The position numbers and the translations under genes were made by a program. A DNA stretch of 64,000 nt from Burkholderiales bacterium (GTDB lineage Bacteria; Pseudomonadota; Gammaproteobacteria; Burkholderiales; SG8-39): positions 13,171 to 77,170 of the forward strand of contig DATHYT010000045.1 in assembly GCA_035459025.1 (NCBI GenBank). Direction: 5' to 3'. Under the pieces are notes generated by a model, which was not told the DNA's origin, ran no database searches, and was given only the letters and a program-made list of their open reading frames with translations. Shown here piece by piece: positions 17,583-27,500 of this stretch. The stretch's first letter is position 1. Every line of letters starts with the position of its first letter.

Positions 17583-18941
17583 ATGAGAAAGCTCGTCATC
17601 GCCCTGCTCGCAGTTCTCGCCACCGCGTCGGGCGCGCTGGCCGAGGAGCGCGCGCCCTACTCGCAAGCCGAGCTCGACCAGATGCTCGCGCCGATCGCGC
17701 TGTATCCCGACGCGCTGCTGTCGCAGGTGCTGATGGCCGCGACCTACCCCCTAGAGGTGGTGGAAGCGGCCCGCTGGTCGCGCGCCCACTCCGACCTCAA
17801 GGGCGAAGACGCAGTCCGGGCCGTTCAGGACCAGGATTGGGATCCGAGCGTGAAGTCGCTGCTCGCCTTCCCCGATCTCCTGACGCGCATGGACGAGGAG
17901 CTCGATTGGACCCGGCGCCTCGGCGATGCCTTCCTCGAGCAGGAGCCGCATGTCATGCAGACCGTGCAGCGGCTGCGGCGCAAAGCAGAGGCGGCGGGCC
18001 AGCTCGGCTCCGGCGAGCACCTGCGGGTGCTCGAGGAGGACGGCGTCATCGTCATCGAGCAGGCGAATCCGCGCGTCGTCTATGTCCCGTACTACGACCC
18101 CCTCGTCGTCTACGGCGCCTGGTGGTGGCCCGCCCATCCGCCGGTGGTCTGGGCGCCGTGGTCGGGATACACCGTGTATCGGCCGGGCATCTGGTGGGGC
18201 GTGGGCGTCGGCATTTCCTCGGGCTTCTTCTACGGCGGGGTGCGTTGGATCGACCGGCGCGTGGTCGTCGTGCGCCCGAGCCCCTACGATGCGCGTCCGC
18301 TCGCGACCGGCCCATGGCGGCACAATCCGGCGCACCGCCGCGGCATCGTGTACCGCCACCCCGAAACGCAACGGCGTTTCGCGCCCGTGGAGCCGCGCCT
18401 CCAGCGACCCGCAGTGCGCCAGGAATCGCAGCGCGAGGAACGGCGCGCGCCGCCGCGGGCGGAGCCGCGCTGGCAGCCGCGCGAGGAACGGCGCGCGCCG
18501 CAACGGGACGAGCCGCGCTGGCAGCCGCGCGAGGAACGGCGCGGGCCGCAACGGGACGAGCGGCGCTGGCAGCCGCGCGAGGAACGGCGCGGGACACTGC
18601 GGGAGGAGCAGCGCTGGCAGCCGAGCGACGATCGCCGCCGCGGCGTGATGCCGCCGGCGCTGCGCACCAGCCCGCCACAGCCCACCGCACCGCGCTTCTC
18701 GGGTTCGCAACGCGAGCGCGGCGCGCCGCGCACGCTGCCCTATGATCGCGGCCATGGATGGAACCGGCAGCCTGTGGATCGCGCTCACGGTGTGGGCCGC
18801 GTTCGCGCAGACGCTCCGCAATACCGCGCAGCGCAGCCTGACCGCGTCGCTCGGCACGCTAGGCGCGACGCTGGTGCGGTTCCTGTACGGCCTGCCGTTC
18901 GCGCTGGCATGGCTGGCGATCGTCCACGCATGGCGCGCTGA
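17583..18941 (+). CDS. DUF3300 domain-containing secreted protein with a repetitive Arg/Glu/Pro/Gln-rich C-terminal region
   Basis: Signal peptide MRKLVIALLAVLATASGALA. DUF3300 signature LAPIALYPDALLSQVLMAATYPLEVVEAARW. The 3' end is uncertain because the ORF runs 200 nt into the next gene. Confidence 0.7.
   Translation: MRKLVIALLAVLATASGALAEERAPYSQAELDQMLAPIALYPDALLSQVLMAATYPLEVVEAARWSRAHSDLKGEDAVRAVQDQDWDPSVKSLLAFPDLLTRMDEELDWTRRLGDAFLEQEPHVMQTVQRLRRKAEAAGQLGSGEHLRVLEEDGVIVIEQANPRVVYVPYYDPLVVYGAWWWPAHPPVVWAPWSGYTVYRPGIWWGVGVGISSGFFYGGVRWIDRRVVVVRPSPYDARPLATGPWRHNPAHRRGIVYRHPETQRRFAPVEPRLQRPAVRQESQREERRAPPRAEPRWQPREERRAPQRDEPRWQPREERRGPQRDERRWQPREERRGTLREEQRWQPSDDRRRGVMPPALRTSPPQPTAPRFSGSQRERGAPRTLPYDRGHGWNRQPVDRAHGVGRVRADAPQYRAAQPDRVARHARRDAGAVPVRPAVRAGMAGDRPRMAR
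18432..18623 (+). repeat. four tandem 48-bp (16-codon) in-frame repeats inside the DUF3300 gene
   Basis: Units start at 18432, 18480, 18528 and 18576. Consensus is CGCGAGGAACGGCGCGNGCCGCAACGGGACGAGCCGCGCTGGCAGCCG, encoding REERRAPQRDEPRWQP-type units. The last unit is the most diverged. Confidence 0.9.
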
Positions 18942-19668
18942 GGCCATCCCGGCGCTGGGCTGGGCGTTCCTCGCCTGGGTCACGCTCGGTGCGGTGGCGC
19001 AGATCGCCGCCACCGCGTTCCTGCTCGCGGCGATGGAGGCGCGCAGCTTCGCGCTCGGCGTGGCGTACTCCAAGACCGAGCTGCTGCAGATCGCGGTCTT
19101 CGGGCTCGCCTTCCTCGGCGATCCGCTCTCCATGCCCGTGCTGCTCGCCGTAGCGCTCGGCACGCTCGGCGTGCTGCTGCTCTCGCCCGCCGATCCGCAA
19201 CGGCCGTTCGCCGCGCTGCTGACCGGCCTCGGCACGCGACCCGCGCTGCTCGGCCTTGCCTCAGGCGCCGGTTTCGCCTTCGCCGCCATCGGCTACCGCG
19301 GCGCGGCGCTCGCGCTCGAAGGCTCGTTCCTCATGTCGGCGGCAACGGCGCTTGCGGCAGCGCAGGTGATCCAGACCGCGCTCCTCGGCGGCTGGCTGCT
19401 GTGGCGGAGCCCCGGCGTGGTGCGCGCGACGCTGCGACTGTGGCGGCCGTCGCTGTTCGCAGGCTTCATGGGCGCCGCGGCGTCCGCGGGCTGGTTCAGC
19501 GCCTTCGCGCTGCAGCCCGCGGCGCACGTGCGCACGCTCGGCCTCGTCGAGCTGCTGTTCAGCTACGCGGTGTCGAGAAAGCTCTTCAGCGAGCGCATGA
19601 CCCGGCTGGAAGCCGCCGGCATGGCGTTCCTCGCCGCCGGCATTGCCGTGATTACGCTGACGGCCTAG
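18742..19668 (+). CDS. EamA/DMT family transporter
   Basis: 308 aa with about 10 TM helices in two EamA-like halves. The first helix (SLWIALTVWAAFAQTL) forces a start at 18742 or 18754. Confidence 0.8.
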   Translation: MIAAMDGTGSLWIALTVWAAFAQTLRNTAQRSLTASLGTLGATLVRFLYGLPFALAWLAIVHAWRAEAIPALGWAFLAWVTLGAVAQIAATAFLLAAMEARSFALGVAYSKTELLQIAVFGLAFLGDPLSMPVLLAVALGTLGVLLLSPADPQRPFAALLTGLGTRPALLGLASGAGFAFAAIGYRGAALALEGSFLMSAATALAAAQVIQTALLGGWLLWRSPGVVRATLRLWRPSLFAGFMGAAASAGWFSAFALQPAAHVRTLGLVELLFSYAVSRKLFSERMTRLEAAGMAFLAAGIAVITLTA

Positions 19669-20716
19669 CGCGCGCCGCGACCAGCCTGTCGAACTCCTCG
19701 GCCACCGCGGCGTCGTGGTCGAGCATCTCCTGCGCGTTGCGCTCGCCGTAGTGCAGTACCCCCATGTCGGCGTACGCTTTCTGCACCGCGTCGCTCCACA
19801 GGCCGATGTCCTTCACCGTCGGCACGATGCGGCTGAACAGGCGCTTGCGGAACCGCACCTGGCCCTCGGAGGCGGCGTGCGCCCCTATCGCGTCCTTGGG
19901 GTCGATGCCGATCGCTTCCCACATCTCTTCCGAGTTCAGGCGGTCGCGCAGGAAGTACGAGCCTTCGATCACGAACTGCTCGCGCTCGCGCCGCTCGGCG
20001 GCCGAGAGCTGCGGGTAGTACTCGCGCAGCGCGATGCGTCCGAAGGCGACGTGGCGCGCCTCGTCCTGCATAACGTAGGCATTCACCGCCTGGCACAGGG
20101 GATTCTTCGCGTAGTCGCGGATCCTCTGGAACGCGGCGAGCGCGAGCCCTTCGATCAGTACCTGCATGCCGAGGTAGGTGAAGTCCCAGCGCTTGTCGGT
20201 CAGCGCCTGCTCCAGCAGGCGCTTGAGCGGCGGCGAGATCGGGTAGACGAAGCGGAATTTCTCCTTCAGCAGCCGCCGGTAGGCCTCGACGTGGCGCGCC
20301 TCGTCCATCACCTGGGTGGCGGCGTAGAACTTCGATTCCAGCGTCGGCGCGTCCTGCACGATGCGCGCCGAGCACACCAGGGCCCCCTGCTCGCCGTGCA
20401 GGAACTGCGACAGGTTGTGCACCTGGCTGTGGTAGCGCAGGTCCGATATCTGGCGCGCCGACAGGCGCTGGTACAGCGGCGTGCCGTAGAGCGGCATCAT
20501 CTCCTCGGCGATCTGCATCGGATCGTCGGGGTCCACATCCTGCGACCAGTCGATGCGCTTCTCGGCGTCCCACTGCTGCTGCTTGCCTTTGGAGTACAGC
20601 CGCAGCAGCTCTTCGCTCCGCGTGTCGTAGTTCCAGGTAAAGGCGGTCTCGGACGCCCCCTGGACCTTCCAGTGCGTTTCCTCGACCGGCAGCACGTACT
20701 TGAAGACGGCGCCCAT
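19652..20716 (-). CDS. ferritin-like di-iron oxygenase family protein (AurF-like/diiron carboxylate)
   Basis: Internal ATG (complement 20714-20716, MGAVFKYVLP...) of ORF 19652..20794. Two DEARH (ExxH) motifs, MDEARHVEAY and QDEARHVAFG, plus FLHGEQGA and LIEGLA helices. Its ATG shares a base with the TAA of the upstream enoyl-CoA hydratase gene. Confidence 0.65.
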   Translation of the reverse strand: MGAVFKYVLPVEETHWKVQGASETAFTWNYDTRSEELLRLYSKGKQQQWDAEKRIDWSQDVDPDDPMQIAEEMMPLYGTPLYQRLSARQISDLRYHSQVHNLSQFLHGEQGALVCSARIVQDAPTLESKFYAATQVMDEARHVEAYRRLLKEKFRFVYPISPPLKRLLEQALTDKRWDFTYLGMQVLIEGLALAAFQRIRDYAKNPLCQAVNAYVMQDEARHVAFGRIALREYYPQLSAAERREREQFVIEGSYFLRDRLNSEEMWEAIGIDPKDAIGAHAASEGQVRFRKRLFSRIVPTVKDIGLWSDAVQKAYADMGVLHYGERNAQEMLDHDAAVAEEFDRLVAARARPSA

Positions 20717-21507
20717 TACCGGCCTTTCCACTGCGGCGCGCGCTTCTCCAGGAACGCCTGCATGCCCTCGCGGAAATCCTGGCTCATGTAGCACATCAGG
20801 ATCAGGTCGTCGCCTTCGCCCTTGGCGAGCGACGGGCGCAGGCGCAGCAGCGACTCCTTGGTCGCCTGCAGCGTGAGCGGCGCCTGGCTGGCGACCAGCT
20901 GCGTCACCTCCTCGGCGCGCGCCATCACCTGCGCGTCATCCACCACCTCGGTGACCAGGCCGATGGCAAGCGCTTCCGGCGCCTCGAGCAGCCGCGCGCG
21001 GAAGATCATGTCCTTCACGCGCGCCGGGCCGATCAGCGCGGCAAGCCGCGCGTAGTTGCCGCTGGACAGGCAGTTGCCGAGGGTGCGCGCCACGGGGAAG
21101 CCCGTGCGCAGGCTGGTGCCGGCGATGCGCAGGTCGCAGCACACCGCGATGCCGGCACCGCCCCCGGTGCAGGCGCCGCGGATCGCGGCTACCGTCGGCA
21201 CGCGGCAGCGCTCGAGCGCGCCCAGCACCCGGTCGATGCGCGCCTCGTAGTCAAGGGCGTCCTGGGGCTTGTCGAAGGCGCGGAACTGGGAGATGTCGGT
21301 GCCGGCGGCAAAGGCCTTCTCCCCGGCGCCGGTCAGCAGCATCGCCTTGATCGAGCGGTCTTTGTCGGCCTCGGCGCAGATCTCCGCCAGGCGGTCGTAC
21401 ATGGCGAAGGTCAAGGCATTGCGCGCCTGCGGGCGGTTGAAGGTCACCCGCGCGATGCCGTCGCGCACCTCGTACAGCAGATCCTGCCCAGCGTCCGCAG
21501 CGCCCAT
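20716..21507 (-). CDS. enoyl-CoA hydratase/isomerase (crotonase) family protein
   Basis: 263 aa. Shows VTFNRPQARNALT, LLTGAGEKAFAAGTDI and ACTGGGAGIAVCCDLRIA, the oxyanion-hole regions of the crotonase fold. Confidence 0.9.
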   Translation of the reverse strand: MGAADAGQDLLYEVRDGIARVTFNRPQARNALTFAMYDRLAEICAEADKDRSIKAMLLTGAGEKAFAAGTDISQFRAFDKPQDALDYEARIDRVLGALERCRVPTVAAIRGACTGGGAGIAVCCDLRIAGTSLRTGFPVARTLGNCLSSGNYARLAALIGPARVKDMIFRARLLEAPEALAIGLVTEVVDDAQVMARAEEVTQLVASQAPLTLQATKESLLRLRPSLAKGEGDDLILMCYMSQDFREGMQAFLEKRAPQWKGR

Positions 21508-21572
21508 GATGCTCCCCGTCCTTTTTTCCGGAAGATGTGGGAGACTAGCGCAGGAGGAGGAGGAGAACCACC

Positions 21573-22538
21573 ATGAGAACGACGAAATGCCTCGGCGCGC
21601 TGGCGGCGGCCGCCGCGCTGGTCTTGGCCGTATCCCCGGCCCAATCGCAGGACAGCTACCCGTCCAAGCGCCTGGACTGGACCATCGCCTTCGGGCCGGG
21701 AGGCGGCAACGACATCATGTCGCGCACCCTGATCTCGATCCTGGAGAAGTACAAGCTCTACCCCGAGACCATCGTCGCCGACAACAAGCCCGGCGGCAGC
21801 GGCGCCAAGGGCTGGGGGTTCCTGTTCGCGCAGAAGGGCAACCCCTACCACGTCTCCACCACCAGCGGCAGCTTCATTACCACGCCGCTGCAGGCCAACA
21901 CGCCCTGGCAGCCCGGGAGCTTCACGCCGGTGGCCCTGCTCGCCTCCGACGACATGCTGCTGCTGGTGAGCAAGGATTCGAAGATCAAGACCCTGGCGGA
22001 GTTCATCGCCGCGGCCAAGGCCAAGCCGCCGTCGATCGGCGGCATCGGCGCCGTCAACATCGACTTCATCGTGCCAAAGCTGGTGTCGGAGAAGGCCGGC
22101 TTCACCTTCAACTACGTCTCGTTCAACAAGCAGGGCGAGCTGATCACGGCGCTGCTGTCCAATTCGCTCGACGCGGCGATGTCGAACCCGGGCGAGGTAC
22201 TCGGCCTGCTGCAATCGGGCGACATGCGGGCGCTCGCCTTCAGCGGCAAGAGCACGCCGGCGGCGCTCGGCACGGTGCCCACCTTCGCCGAGCTGGGCTA
22301 CGACATCGGCATCTCGCTGCCGCGCGGGCTGGTCCTGCCGCCCGACGTGCCCAAGCAAGCCCAGGACTGGTGGATCGCGACCATGAAGAAGGTGGTCGCC
22401 ACGCCCGAATGGAAGGCCTACATCGACAAGCAGCTCCTCACCGAGAACGTGCTCTACGGCGAGGATTTCCGTACCTTCCTGCAGAAGACCCAGGGCGTCT
22501 TTGCCGACATCCTGAGGAAATCGGGCGCCATCAAGTAG
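21573..22538 (+). CDS. tctC: tripartite tricarboxylate transporter substrate-binding protein (Bug/TctC family)
   Basis: 321 aa. Signal peptide. Bug-family pattern (YPSKRLDWTIAFGPGGGNDIMSRTL..., NKPGGSGA). Confidence 0.85.
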   Translation: MRTTKCLGALAAAAALVLAVSPAQSQDSYPSKRLDWTIAFGPGGGNDIMSRTLISILEKYKLYPETIVADNKPGGSGAKGWGFLFAQKGNPYHVSTTSGSFITTPLQANTPWQPGSFTPVALLASDDMLLLVSKDSKIKTLAEFIAAAKAKPPSIGGIGAVNIDFIVPKLVSEKAGFTFNYVSFNKQGELITALLSNSLDAAMSNPGEVLGLLQSGDMRALAFSGKSTPAALGTVPTFAELGYDIGISLPRGLVLPPDVPKQAQDWWIATMKKVVATPEWKAYIDKQLLTENVLYGEDFRTFLQKTQGVFADILRKSGAIK

Positions 22539-22557
22539 CCGCGACCCCGGCTGCACC

Positions 22558-22995
22558 ATGCGCGCGGGGTTCCTCGCCGGCATCCTGCTGCTCGCCGGTG
22601 GCTATACCTGGATCGCTTTCGCCGAGCTCGCCTGGCTGTCCTCGGCCGGACGGCTCGGTCCGGGTTTCTTCCCGCGCTTCATCGGCGTAACGCTGGTCGC
22701 CCTGTGCGCCTGGAGCCTCGTCGCCGAGCTGCTTGACGGCTCGCGCGAGCGCTTGTCCCGGCACTGGCGCGTCACCCTGGTGCTGGCGCTGCTCTCGGGG
22801 CTGTTCGTCGCCGCCCTCGACGTGCTGGGCGGACTGCTGTCGATGATCGCCTACATCGCGACGGCCCTGGCGTACCTCAACCGCCGGCGCAGCATGCAGA
22901 ACGCGCTGCTCGCGGTGCTGCTGCCGCTCGCGATCTATCTGCTGTTCCGCGTCTGGCTGAACGCCGCCGTGCCGCGCGGGCTGCTGCCGTTCTGA
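22558..22995 (+). CDS. tctB: tripartite tricarboxylate transporter small membrane protein (TctB family)
   Basis: 145 aa with 4 TM helices, positioned between the tctC-like and tctA-like genes. Confidence 0.75.
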   Translation: MRAGFLAGILLLAGGYTWIAFAELAWLSSAGRLGPGFFPRFIGVTLVALCAWSLVAELLDGSRERLSRHWRVTLVLALLSGLFVAALDVLGGLLSMIAYIATALAYLNRRRSMQNALLAVLLPLAIYLLFRVWLNAAVPRGLLPF

Positions 22996-24494
22996 TGGAC
23001 CTGTTCGCCAACCTGCTGCTCGGCTTTTCGGTCGCGGTGTCGCCGCTCAACCTCGTCTACCTGTTCCTCGGCGTGATGATCGGCATGATCGTGGGCATCA
23101 TCCCCGGTTTCGGCCCGGCGGCCGCGCTTGCGGTCTTGCTGCCGATCACGTTCGGCATGGATCCCGCCGGCGCCGTGATCATGCTTGCCGCGATCTACTA
23201 CGGGGCGCAGTACGGCGGCACCATCACCTCGATCCTGCTCAACACGCCGGGCGAGTCGTCGTCGGTGGCGAGCACCTTCGACGGCTATCCCCTGGCGCAG
23301 CAGGGGCGCGCCGGCCCGGCGCTGGTCATGCAAGCGGTCGCCTCCTTCGTCGGCGGCACGCTCGGGGTGGTGCTCATTACGCTGCTCGCGCCGCCCTTCA
23401 CGCAGCTTGCGCGCGGCTTCGGGCCGCCGGAATTCTTCCTTCTCGTGGTCATGGGCCTGTCCACGCTCATCGTCATGATCGGCGGCAGCTGGCGGCTGGG
23501 GCTGATCTCGGCGCTCGCCGGTTTCGCGCTCGGCACCGTCGGCGTCGACCTGGAAACCGGCAACAGCCGCTTCACCTTCGGCTCGGCGGAGCTGATCGGC
23601 GGCATCGATTTCATCCCGGTGGCGATCGGCCTGTTCGGCCTCGGCGAGCTGTACTACGCGTTCTACACCGGGCTGCATGTCTCGGGCACGGGCGGCATCG
23701 TGCAGCTGAAGAAGGAAAGGAGCTTCTGGCCGGAGATGCGCGACTACGTCGAGACCAAGTGGGCGCTGGCGCGCGGATCGCTTCTCGGGTTCGTGGTCGG
23801 CGTGCTGCCCGGCGCCGGCGCGACCGTGGCCTCGCTCATGTCCTACTCGCTGGAAAAATCCGTGTCGCGCACGCCGCAGAAGTTCGGCAAGGGCGCCATG
23901 GCGGGACTGGTCGGCCCCGAAGCGGCGAACAACGCCGCCTCGTCCGGCGCGATGGTGCCGCTGCTCACCCTCGGCATCCCCGGCTCGGCGGCCACCGCGG
24001 TCCTGCTCGCGGCGTTCGTGCTGTGGGGGCTGACGCCGGGGCCGCTGCTCATGGTGCAGAAGCCCGAGTTCGCGTGGGGCCTGATCGCCAGCATGTACCT
24101 CGGCAACATGGCGCTGCTCGCGCTCAACATCTTCGCCATTCCGCTTTTCGTGCAGATGATCAAGCTGCCCTACCGCATCCTCGCGCCGGCGGTGATCCTG
24201 ATCTGCACCATCGGCACCTACAGCGTGAACGGCAGCATCATCGAGACCTGGCTCATGTTCGGCGCCGGGCTGGTCGGCTTCTTCATGAAGCTGCATGGCT
24301 ATTCGCCCGCCGCCCTGGTGCTCGCGCTCGTGCTCGGCCCGCTGGCCGAGCAGTCGCTGCGCCAGACGATGACGATCTCGAGCGGCTCGTTCGGCATCTT
24401 CCTCGACCGCCCCATGTCGCTCGCCATCCTCTGCATCACCGTCGCACTGCTGGCCGCGGGCATCCTCATGCGGCGCGGACGCCGTCTAGACTAG
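22995..24494 (+). CDS. tctA: tripartite tricarboxylate transporter large permease (TctA family)
   Basis: 499 aa. Polytopic, with TctA-like motifs (GIIPGFGPAAALAVLLP, YGAQYGGTITSILLNTPGE). The start overlaps the tctB stop. Confidence 0.9.
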   Translation: MDLFANLLLGFSVAVSPLNLVYLFLGVMIGMIVGIIPGFGPAAALAVLLPITFGMDPAGAVIMLAAIYYGAQYGGTITSILLNTPGESSSVASTFDGYPLAQQGRAGPALVMQAVASFVGGTLGVVLITLLAPPFTQLARGFGPPEFFLLVVMGLSTLIVMIGGSWRLGLISALAGFALGTVGVDLETGNSRFTFGSAELIGGIDFIPVAIGLFGLGELYYAFYTGLHVSGTGGIVQLKKERSFWPEMRDYVETKWALARGSLLGFVVGVLPGAGATVASLMSYSLEKSVSRTPQKFGKGAMAGLVGPEAANNAASSGAMVPLLTLGIPGSAATAVLLAAFVLWGLTPGPLLMVQKPEFAWGLIASMYLGNMALLALNIFAIPLFVQMIKLPYRILAPAVILICTIGTYSVNGSIIETWLMFGAGLVGFFMKLHGYSPAALVLALVLGPLAEQSLRQTMTISSGSFGIFLDRPMSLAILCITVALLAAGILMRRGRRLD

Positions 24495-24537
24495 CGCGAT
24501 CAATCCGCGGCCGCGCGCCGGGCATATACTTGCGCGC

Positions 24538-27500
24538 ATGGGCGCGAGAAAGAAAGGCGACGACGCCGATCTCGTGACGCGCATCGCGCGCGCGGCGCGC
24601 GGCAGCCTGGCACCGGCGCACGCCGATCTCGCCGAGCGCTTCGCGCGCCTGTACTACGCCGGCGCCGACGCGCGCGAGCTCGCCGAGCGCGACCCGAAGG
24701 ACCTAATCGGCGCGGCCGCAGCCCACCTCGAGCTCGGGCGCCGCTTCGACGATGGCGCCGCCAAGGTGCACGTGTTCAACCCCCGGCGCGAAGAGCACGG
24801 CTGGCAGAGCACGCATACGGTGGTGCAGGTGGTGGGCGCCGACATGCCGTTCCTGGTCGACTCGACGACCGTCGAGGTGAACCGGCTCGGGCTCACGCTG
24901 CACCTCGTTCTCCACCCGGTGCTGCGCGTGGTGCGCGATGCGCAGGGACGCTTGCAGGAGGTCGCGCCGCCGGCCGCCGGCGCCGATGGACGGCTGGAGT
25001 CGTTCATGCACCTGGAGGTCGACCGCCAGACCGATGCCGCGCGCCTGCAGGAGATCGAGCAGGGACTGGCGCGGGTGCTGGCCGACGTGGCCGCCGCAGT
25101 GGCCGACTGGAAAGCCATGCAGCAGCGCCTACGCGAGCGGGTCGACGAGCTCGGCGCGGCCCAGCCGCCGCTCGACGCGGCCGAGGCGCGCGAGGCGCAG
25201 GCGTTCCTTGCCTGGCTCCTCGACAACCACATGACGCTGCTCGGCTATCGCGATTACGACCTCGTCACCGAGAACGGCGAGGACGTGCTGCGCGTGGTGA
25301 AGGGCTCGGGCCTGGGCATCCTGCGCGAGCGTGCGGACACCACCGTCTCGACGAGCTTCGCCACGCTGCCGCCGGAGACGCGCGCGCGCGCGCGCCAGCC
25401 CGAGATCCTGGTCCTGTCCAAGGCCAATACGCGCGCCACCGTGCACCGCCCCGGCTACCTCGACTACGTCGGCGTGAAGCGCTTCGACGCCGAAGGGCGC
25501 GTGGTCGGCGAGCGCCGCATCCTCGGTTTGTACACCCACACCGTATACACGGCGAACCTCGACACGATCCCCGTCGTGCGGCGCAAGGTGGCGCACGTTC
25601 GCGAGCGCGCCGGGTTCCTGCCGGCGAGCCACAACGGCAAGGCGCTCGCTTCGATCCTCGAGGACTACCCGCGCGACGAACTGATGCAGATCGAGCCCGA
25701 CGAGCTCTACGCGCACGCCATCGCCATCCTGCAGCTCGGCGAGCGCCAGAGGACGCGCCTGCTGGTGCGGCGCGACGCGTTCGGTCGCTTCGTCACCTGC
25801 CTGGTGTTCGTGCCGCGCGACAAGTACAACACCGAGCAGCGCACCCGGTTCCAGCAGATCCTCGCCGAGGCGTTCAACGGCACGGCGGCCGAGTTCACCG
25901 TGAGCCTGTCGGAAGCGCCGCTTGCGCGCGTGTTCATGGTGATCCGCACCCGCCCGGGGACCGTGCCCGAGCTGGACGTGCGCGAGCTCGAGGAGCGGAT
26001 CGTCGCCGCCACGCGGCGCTGGGAGGACGACCTGCAGTCACTGCTCATCGAGCGCTTCGGCGAGGAGCAGGGCAACCGCCTGCACGCGCGCTACGGCGCG
26101 GCCTTCCCCGCGGGCTATCGCGAGGCGAACGACGTGCGCGGTGCGCTGGTCGACGTCGAGATGATGAATACGCTTGGCGCGCCGCCGGCACTCGGCATGA
26201 ACCTGTACCGGCCGCCGGCCAGCGAGCCCGGCACGCTGCGCTTCCGGCTGGTGCGCACCGGCGCGCCGCCGGTCCTGTCGGACGCGCTGCCGATCCTCGA
26301 GAACCTCGGCCTGCGCGTGCTCGACGACCGACCCTACCGCATCGACCCCGCGGGCGGCGACACGGTGTGGATCCTCGATTTCGGCCTCGCGCTGCGCGGC
26401 GAGGCCGAGGTGGCGCTGGATCGCGTGCGGCCGCTGTTCCACGAGGCGTTCGAGGCCATGTGGAACGGCTGGGTCGAGCCCGACAGCCTGAACCAGCTGG
26501 TGCTGGCGGCCGAGCTCTCGGCGCGCAGCATCGCGCTGCTGCGGGCCTACAGCCGCTACCTGCGCCAGGCGGGGTTCACCTTCAGCCTCGACTACGTGCA
26601 GCAGTCGCTGGTCGCGCACGCGGCGCTGTCGCGCGCACTGGTGCGGCTGTTCCATGCGCGCTTCGAGCCCGGGCAGGCGTCCGCCGAACGCGAGCAGGCG
26701 CTGGTACGCGAGATCGAGACCGCGCTGGAGCAGGTGCCCAGCCTGGACGACGACCGCATCCTGCGCCAGTTCCTCGCCGCGATCCGCGCCACCACGCGCA
26801 CCAACGCCTTCCAGAGCGCTGCCGGCGGCGGCCGCAAGACCTACCTCTCGCTCAAGTTCGATCCGCGCGAGGTGCCGGGGCTGCCCGAGCCGCGGCCGAT
26901 GTTCGAGATCTTCGTCTACTCGCCGCGCGTCGAGGGCGTGCACCTGCGCGGCGGGCCGGTGGCGCGCGGGGGCCTGCGCTGGTCGGACCGGCGCGAGGAC
27001 TTCCGCACCGAGGTGCTCGGGCTGATGAAGGCGCAGATGGTCAAGAACGCGGTCATCGTGCCGGTCGGCTCCAAGGGCGGCTTCGTGCTCAAGCGCGCGC
27101 CGCCGCCGGGCGACCGCGAGGCGCTGATGCAGGAAGGCGTCGAGTGCTACAAGATCTTCCTGCGGGGCTTGCTCGACATCACCGACAACCTGGTCGGCGG
27201 CAAGCCGCGGCCGCCCGCGCAGGTCGTGCGCCATGACGGCGACGACCCGTACCTGGTGGTGGCCGCCGACAAGGGCACCGCAACCTTCTCCGACATCGCC
27301 AACGGGGTGGCGCAGGAGTACGGCTTCTGGCTCGGCGATGCGTTCGCCTCGGGCGGCTCGGCGGGCTACGACCACAAGAAGATGGGCATCACCGCGCGCG
27401 GCGCCTGGGAATCGGTCAAGCGCCATTTCCGCGAGCTCGGCCGCGACACGCAATCGCAGCCGTTCACCGCGGCGGGGATCGGCGACATGTCGGGCGACGT

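Noticed and set aside
18432-18623. Possible CRISPR array or other non-coding repeat.
   Set aside because: The units are directly adjacent with no spacers. They are 48 bp (a multiple of three) and in frame within a DUF3300 ORF, so this is a coding tandem repeat.
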